A stretch of DNA of 64,000 nucleotides from an uncultured Clostridia bacterium (GTDB taxonomy: Bacteria > Bacillota > Clostridia > Christensenellales > UBA1242), in assembly GCA_947588355.1 (NCBI GenBank), contig CANPYI010000006.1, forward strand, positions 1,910-65,909, in the 5' to 3' direction. The position numbers and the translations under genes were made by a program. Positions 25,601 through 31,600 of the stretch are shown piece by piece (position 1 is the first letter of the stretch; each line of letters opens with the position of its first letter). The notes under the pieces were generated by a model, which saw nothing but the letters and a program-made list of their open reading frames with translations, was not told the DNA's origin and made no database searches.

Positions 25601-28600
25601 CCAAGTCTTGAAGCAGTTGGATTGATTTGCGTATCTTCTGCGGCACTGTCATTTGAATACAGTTGATTGTTGTCAAATTGAACATATACATTTGCCGTGT
25701 TGTCATCTGTGTTTTTCGTTAATCCTTCAGAAAAACTGTCACCACCATTCAAGTCGAGATGGATTTCGTAAACTTTTGCCTTCCAAGCGGCATAAAGCAT
25801 AATTCCGTTGTTTTCGGAATAATCAACAGCACCGCCTGTCAAGCCATTTTGAGAAACCAACCAATCCACTGAAAGTTGTCCATTTCTGCCCACAATTGGC
25901 AGGTTTTCAAAAGTGTTCCAGCCCTCAAAAGTATATCCCTCACGAGATGCCAAAAGAGCAGAGATCAAATCTTGCTCATCTGCTGTGTAAGGGAAATCAT
26001 CTCCGCTGCGTTTTGCGTAAATTTCCTTTGTGCCATATTTGACATAGACAAACGCAGTGCCATCACTTTCAGGCACAATCTTTTCGCCGAAAGATGGATC
26101 TGTCGATCCGCTTCCTTTATTTAAATTTAATGCAACTTTGACAAGATTTGCTTCCCATTTTGCATAAATTGTGGTTGCTTGCAAAGTGAATGTGAATGCA
26201 TTTTCGGTGAATGTTCCGTCAGCATTTACAACTTGTGTGTCAAAATTTTCACCATCTTTTGTGAAATATCCCATAAATGAATATCCCACTTTTTGTGGCA
26301 ACTGAGCGGCGTTGAGTTTTGAAAGTTTGCTGTCTTCAACAACCGTATCTTCGCTTTCCGACACTCTGTAAAAACCTTTTGCATACAAAAGATACATGCT
26401 CGTCAAATCGCTTTCGTCAACCACAATGTCTTCCCCGGCATCAAGGTCGATTTTGAAAACTTTTGAATTCCATTTTGCGTAAATCTTAACGTTCACATCT
26501 TCGCCGACAAATTTGTCACCGACAAAATCTGCGGTTTCAAGTGTGAACAATGTTCCATTGTCAATTGGATTGCCAGAAAAATCTTCACGGCCATACCAAC
26601 CGCCAAAGTTGTAGCCATCATATGTCGGCTGAGGCATCTGTCCGTACGCTTGGCCGTATGTCAACTCTTTTGTTGCCTCCGTTCCTTCATCATTGACAGC
26701 CCAGCCATTTGCACTTTCTTCGTCCCATGTTCCGCCGTTAAGTTGTGCATGAACAGTGTAGGTATTTTCCGTCCATCTGGCATAGATTTTCACTTCGGCA
26801 TTGTCGTCAAAACTTGTAAACACAACATGGTCTTTGTCAAAAGGTGTGCCTATCTCAAGTTTTTCGCCTGTAAACTGTTTGTCTTTGTACCAACCCTCAA
26901 AAGTATAGCCGTTTTTGACCATACTTGCAGTTGGAAGTTCCTGATCCGAAAATGCGGTGGCATAAACTTTTGTTGTTCCTGCAACCTCAGTTCCGCCGTC
27001 GCTATCATAAGTCAAACGATAACTTTTTTCTTTCCATTTTACAAAAATCTTGACAACAGAACCGTCTTCAAAGTCCACAAATGTTGCCGTGCTATCCAAA
27101 AGAGTAAGTCCGTTTATCTTTTTGTCATAACTTTCATTGTTATACCAGCCCTCAACTGAATATCCATCTTTGTTTGCACCTGGCAAAGTTCCAAAACTGC
27201 TGTTGTAGGTGACTTCTTTTGTCACTGTGCCGTCAGCATTTTGAGTCCAGCCGTCTTCCTCCGACGGAACATATTCTCCGCCAAGAAATTCTGCCTGAAC
27301 TGTGTAAATGTTTGCTGTCCAGTGTGCATAGATTGTTGCCTCAGTAAAAGTGAAAGTCAAAACATCAATTTCGCCTGCAATGTTTTTACTGAAAGCAAAT
27401 TCATCATCAATAATCATCGTGCCGTCACCATCGGTTTCAGTAAAGAAACCGTGGAAAGTGAATCCGTTTGCAATAATCGAGTCAATTTTATCAATATAAC
27501 TGCTTTCGTCAACCGCCAAGCCCGTGTTGTCAAGTTGACTGTAGAAACCAACGCCATACAACAAATATATTGTTTTTGTTGTTTCCATGCCTGTCATTGG
27601 AGTGCTTTGCAAAGTTATGTTTAAAACTTTTGGCTTCCACCCTGCATAGATTGTTGCGCTTGAATTTTCATGGTCAACATCGGCATGGTCGGAATCAAAA
27701 GTGTCACCTTCTTTCAAAAGAGTTCCCGTGCCGTTGCCGTTTTCATTTTGCGAGTACCAACCAACAAAATCATAGCCATCGCGTGTGATTTTTGGAAGTT
27801 CCTGATCGGAAAATGGATCGCCATAATCTTTTGTTGCGTCAACAACAGTGTCTCCGCCATTGGATTCGTAATGCAACGTGTATGAAACTTGGTCAAATCT
27901 GGCATAAAGTGTCAGTCCTTCAGTGCCAACGACATAGTGCCAAACATTGTTTTGCGTGTAGCCATCTGCATTATCCGCATAAACGCCGTTTTCGTCGATA
28001 ACTTTCACTCCGCCGTTTGGCTCTGTCCAGAAACCGGTGACAACTGCACCCGATTTTTGTGCAGAAATAGACTTAACTTCCCCTCTCAATTTTTGTTGTT
28101 TGTCATATACATAGTATTTTGTAGTCGAGTCATACACAACAACAATTTCAACACTCTTGCTTTCAACAGTTTTTGTTGCGGTTCCTTCTGTGTAAGTCAG
28201 TGTCACCGTTCCATCACCGCCGTTGAGTGTGATGGTGTATTCGGCAGGAATCCAACTTGCGTAAAGTGTGGTTTCTTCCGAGAAAGTTATGTCAGTTTTG
28301 ATCCTTCCTTCTCTGTCAATCACTTGTTTTGAATTGTGTTCATCTGTATAGTATCCCGCAAATTCGTAGCCATCTTTTTTTGGAGTGATGATTTGATTTG
28401 TGCGAGAATCTTCCTGTGCATCTTGATTGGTGTACCAACCAGATGTCTCTTCATAGCGGACCCAAAGTTCTGTCGTACCCTTGTTTTGGTCTTCAACTCC
28501 TTCGCCGCTGTTCAAAGTGACTTTAAACACACCTGCGTTCCAAATTGCTTTCAAGGTGTATTCTTGTCCATTTTTTCCAATAAAAAGGTCGGCAATCTTT

Positions 28601-31600
28601 TGTTCTGTTTCGTCAACATTGGTCAAAATATTGCCTTTTGAATCGATCACAATCACATCTTTGCCGTCAACACTAAGGCTGTAGCCACCAAAACCATAGC
28701 CAGTGCGTTTTGGAATAGAAATCTCCTCAACACTGTTGGTCAAATCTCCATTGTCGCCTTTGTTTAAAAACCATTTGGCAATATCTGTGTCAGAATAATT
28801 GTCACCGTATTGCAAATAAAGCATATCAGGGCCGGCATCTAAATCTGCCAAAGAGTTGTCCAAATCGATTTCATACACATGAGGATTCCACTGTGCAACA
28901 ACTTTGTTTTCAGTGTCGCTGCTGCCAGCACCAAAAGTGTAAGAATATGTTTGATCTTCTGTCTCGGAAACGCTGCCCGGACCGATGACTAGCCAACTCA
29001 CAAAATCGTAGCCGGCACGTGTTGGAGTTTCAAGCGTAACAGATGTCCCAGTGTTTCCAGAAACAGGGGTTTGTCCAGAATATTCTCCGCCATTTGGCTC
29101 AACAATCAAAGTTTGAGGATTTGCCGTCCATTTTGCAAAAAGTGTTGTCGCAGTTTCTGTCACTTCCGTGCCAGCCGTGATTTCATCTCCCCGTCCATCT
29201 TGATCGGTGTTCCAGCCTTCAAAAGTGTAGCCCTCGCGATCTTGTGGTATTGGCAATCTGTTTGCAATAGGTTTTTCGTTGAATGAATAATATGTAAAGC
29301 CGTTTTCCTCAATAGTCTTTGTCATATCGCCAATAAACAGCGAAACAGAAAACGTCATTTGGCAAGTTTGCCCTTCATCTGTCGCGTACACAAAAACACT
29401 GATGTCGCTTGAAGGAGCGCCAGCGGAGGTTGTTACAAACCCCGTGTATGTGCCAGCACCGTTCACCATAATATTGCAATTTTGTTCATCACCGATATAA
29501 AATCCAAATCTCACGTCTGCACTGCTTTCAAAACTGTCAACGTCCAAAACAAAAGTGTATTTGGTGTTTGGACAGAAAAGCAAATTTGTGGAAATTTTTC
29601 CGGTTTCAAACGTGTTATATTCATCTACAGTGCCATTTAATGTAATCTTGTTTTCCTCTATGGTCACATTTTCGTGAGTTGAAACAAAATTTGCAACATC
29701 AAACAAGTTCTTTTTTCCATAAAAATCGCCGACAGTCACGGTGTCAACGCGCTTCAAAGTGCCGTCCTTAAATTGACCACCGTTGGCATCATATGTCACG
29801 TCAAACGGTGCCGCTATCCAATTTGCATGCAACTCGGTTGCTTGAGTTATGGCTGTTGGAGGGGCAACAATGGTGCCGGAAGCATTGACTATTATTCTGC
29901 CCGCGCCGTTTGGATCGGTGTAATATCCCGCAAAAATAAAGCCATCTTTGGAAGGGGTTGAAACCGCAGTGATAACTTCCTCTTCTGTGGCGGTTTCGGA
30001 AGAATAAAATCCCACACCGTACTTTTCGTAAAACTTTTCAGTTCCAAGGACTGTAGCGCCCTCGCCATTTAGGGTGATTTCATAAATTTCGGGTATCCAA
30101 TTGGCATAAATTGTCGCCGTTGACGAGCCTCCCGGAGTGCAAGTTGTCTCATCAAATATCATTCCCGGTGTCAGTTTTTGGGTCAAGCCCTTGTCCGCAT
30201 ACCAGCCTTCAAGTTTGTAATTGTCTTTTGAAAATCCGTCAGTGCTCAATTCCGGTTCGGTATATTTTGTTTCAAATTTTTTTGAAAACGTTCTGCCTTG
30301 CGGTGTGGCATCATCGCCAACTTCGTAGGTCACTGTTATTTCCACCGGCTGCCAAACAGCATAAATAGAGCCGTCTTGACTGATATTTATTGTTGGCGAG
30401 CCAATAGTGTCGTTGGCGTCTGAAGAAAAATTGTATGTATAACCGTATCTCGAAAACCACTCGCCTGAATTGGTCAGTCGGTGAGACGGCAAAATTTCAT
30501 TGTCATTCCAAACCAAAAGATAGGAATTTTCATGTTCGGATTTGCCCGGCACATGATAATACATTCGCAATTTGCCCGAAAATTTGTCAGTTTCGGACTG
30601 CAAAATAGGTGTCACTTGCAAACCGTCATTTTTCACTTCGCCGTTTTGACGCTCATTAAGGTCAAAGGCCCATGTGTCGGCAAAATCCCATTGCCCGCTG
30701 AAATATATCAGTTGTCCGTTGTCATCAACATATCTCAAATCACGGAAGCCGTCGTCCGAAAGCCAACTGTAAAATTCTGTGAAAAATCCCACATCGGACA
30801 TATAATCTGTCAATTTTTCAGTGGAAACATTGGCAACACGACCGTCATTTTCTTCAAAAGGTGTTGGATCTGCAGTGATATAACTTTCGACATTAGGCCC
30901 ATAAACATATCTGCCTTGAAAGGAATTTTTTGGTGTTTTGTCAGAAATGCCTTTCAAAAACAAGCAATTTTCAAAGTAAACATGTTGCAGCAGATTTGTC
31001 AAGTCAATTTCACTTTCAAAGATGCAGTTTTCAAAAGTCACTTCATTAGGTCCACGCAAACCAATAGAAAAAGATACTCCTTCAGTGAATCTGCAATCTG
31101 AAAAGTAATAATAATCCGAGTCCTTGAAAAAGTAGTTTGTGTTTATCACCTTTGCATGTTCTTCATGATTGCCCAAAGCACTTGCAGCCGCCAAGTCCAA
31201 ATTGAGGTGAAGTGCAGGACGTGTGTAGGCAACAATATCAACAGCAAGTTCCACGGCCCCGGGATCTAATGATGCACCATTAAGAGAAGACCTCGTGTAA
31301 AAAGTTTCATAACTGCTTTGCTTTGTTGATTTTTTTCCTATTTTTTGTGTTGGAGTGGCACGCCTGATGAGTATGTCCGAATTGTCACACTGCCACATGC
31401 CCTCTGAATCACTATATCCCAATTCTGCAAACGAAGGAATCCAAAGATAGTCATCTTTCCAGGCGTCATATCCAGTGTTGGATGAAAAACCATCTTCATC
31501 TGAAACACTAGTCTCCCAATTGTCATTTGAAAGATATAAACCCTCAATCGTTTCCCCGTTTTGTTGCCACTGCATATTCAATGGCTTTTCAAGGAAGTCG

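Noticed and set aside
5680-31101. Many long plus-strand ORFs inside the giant gene, for example 17260-18387 (375 aa), 14596-15315 (239 aa), 10813-11418, 15544-16149 and 30481-31101.
   Set aside because: All the long ones start at a coordinate congruent to 1 mod 3, which is the codon-aligned antisense frame of the minus-strand gene (its codons end at coordinates congruent to 0 mod 3). That frame stays open simply because the sense gene rarely uses TTA, CTA or TCA codons. The products are Cys/Phe/Val-rich nonsense with no SD or promoter.
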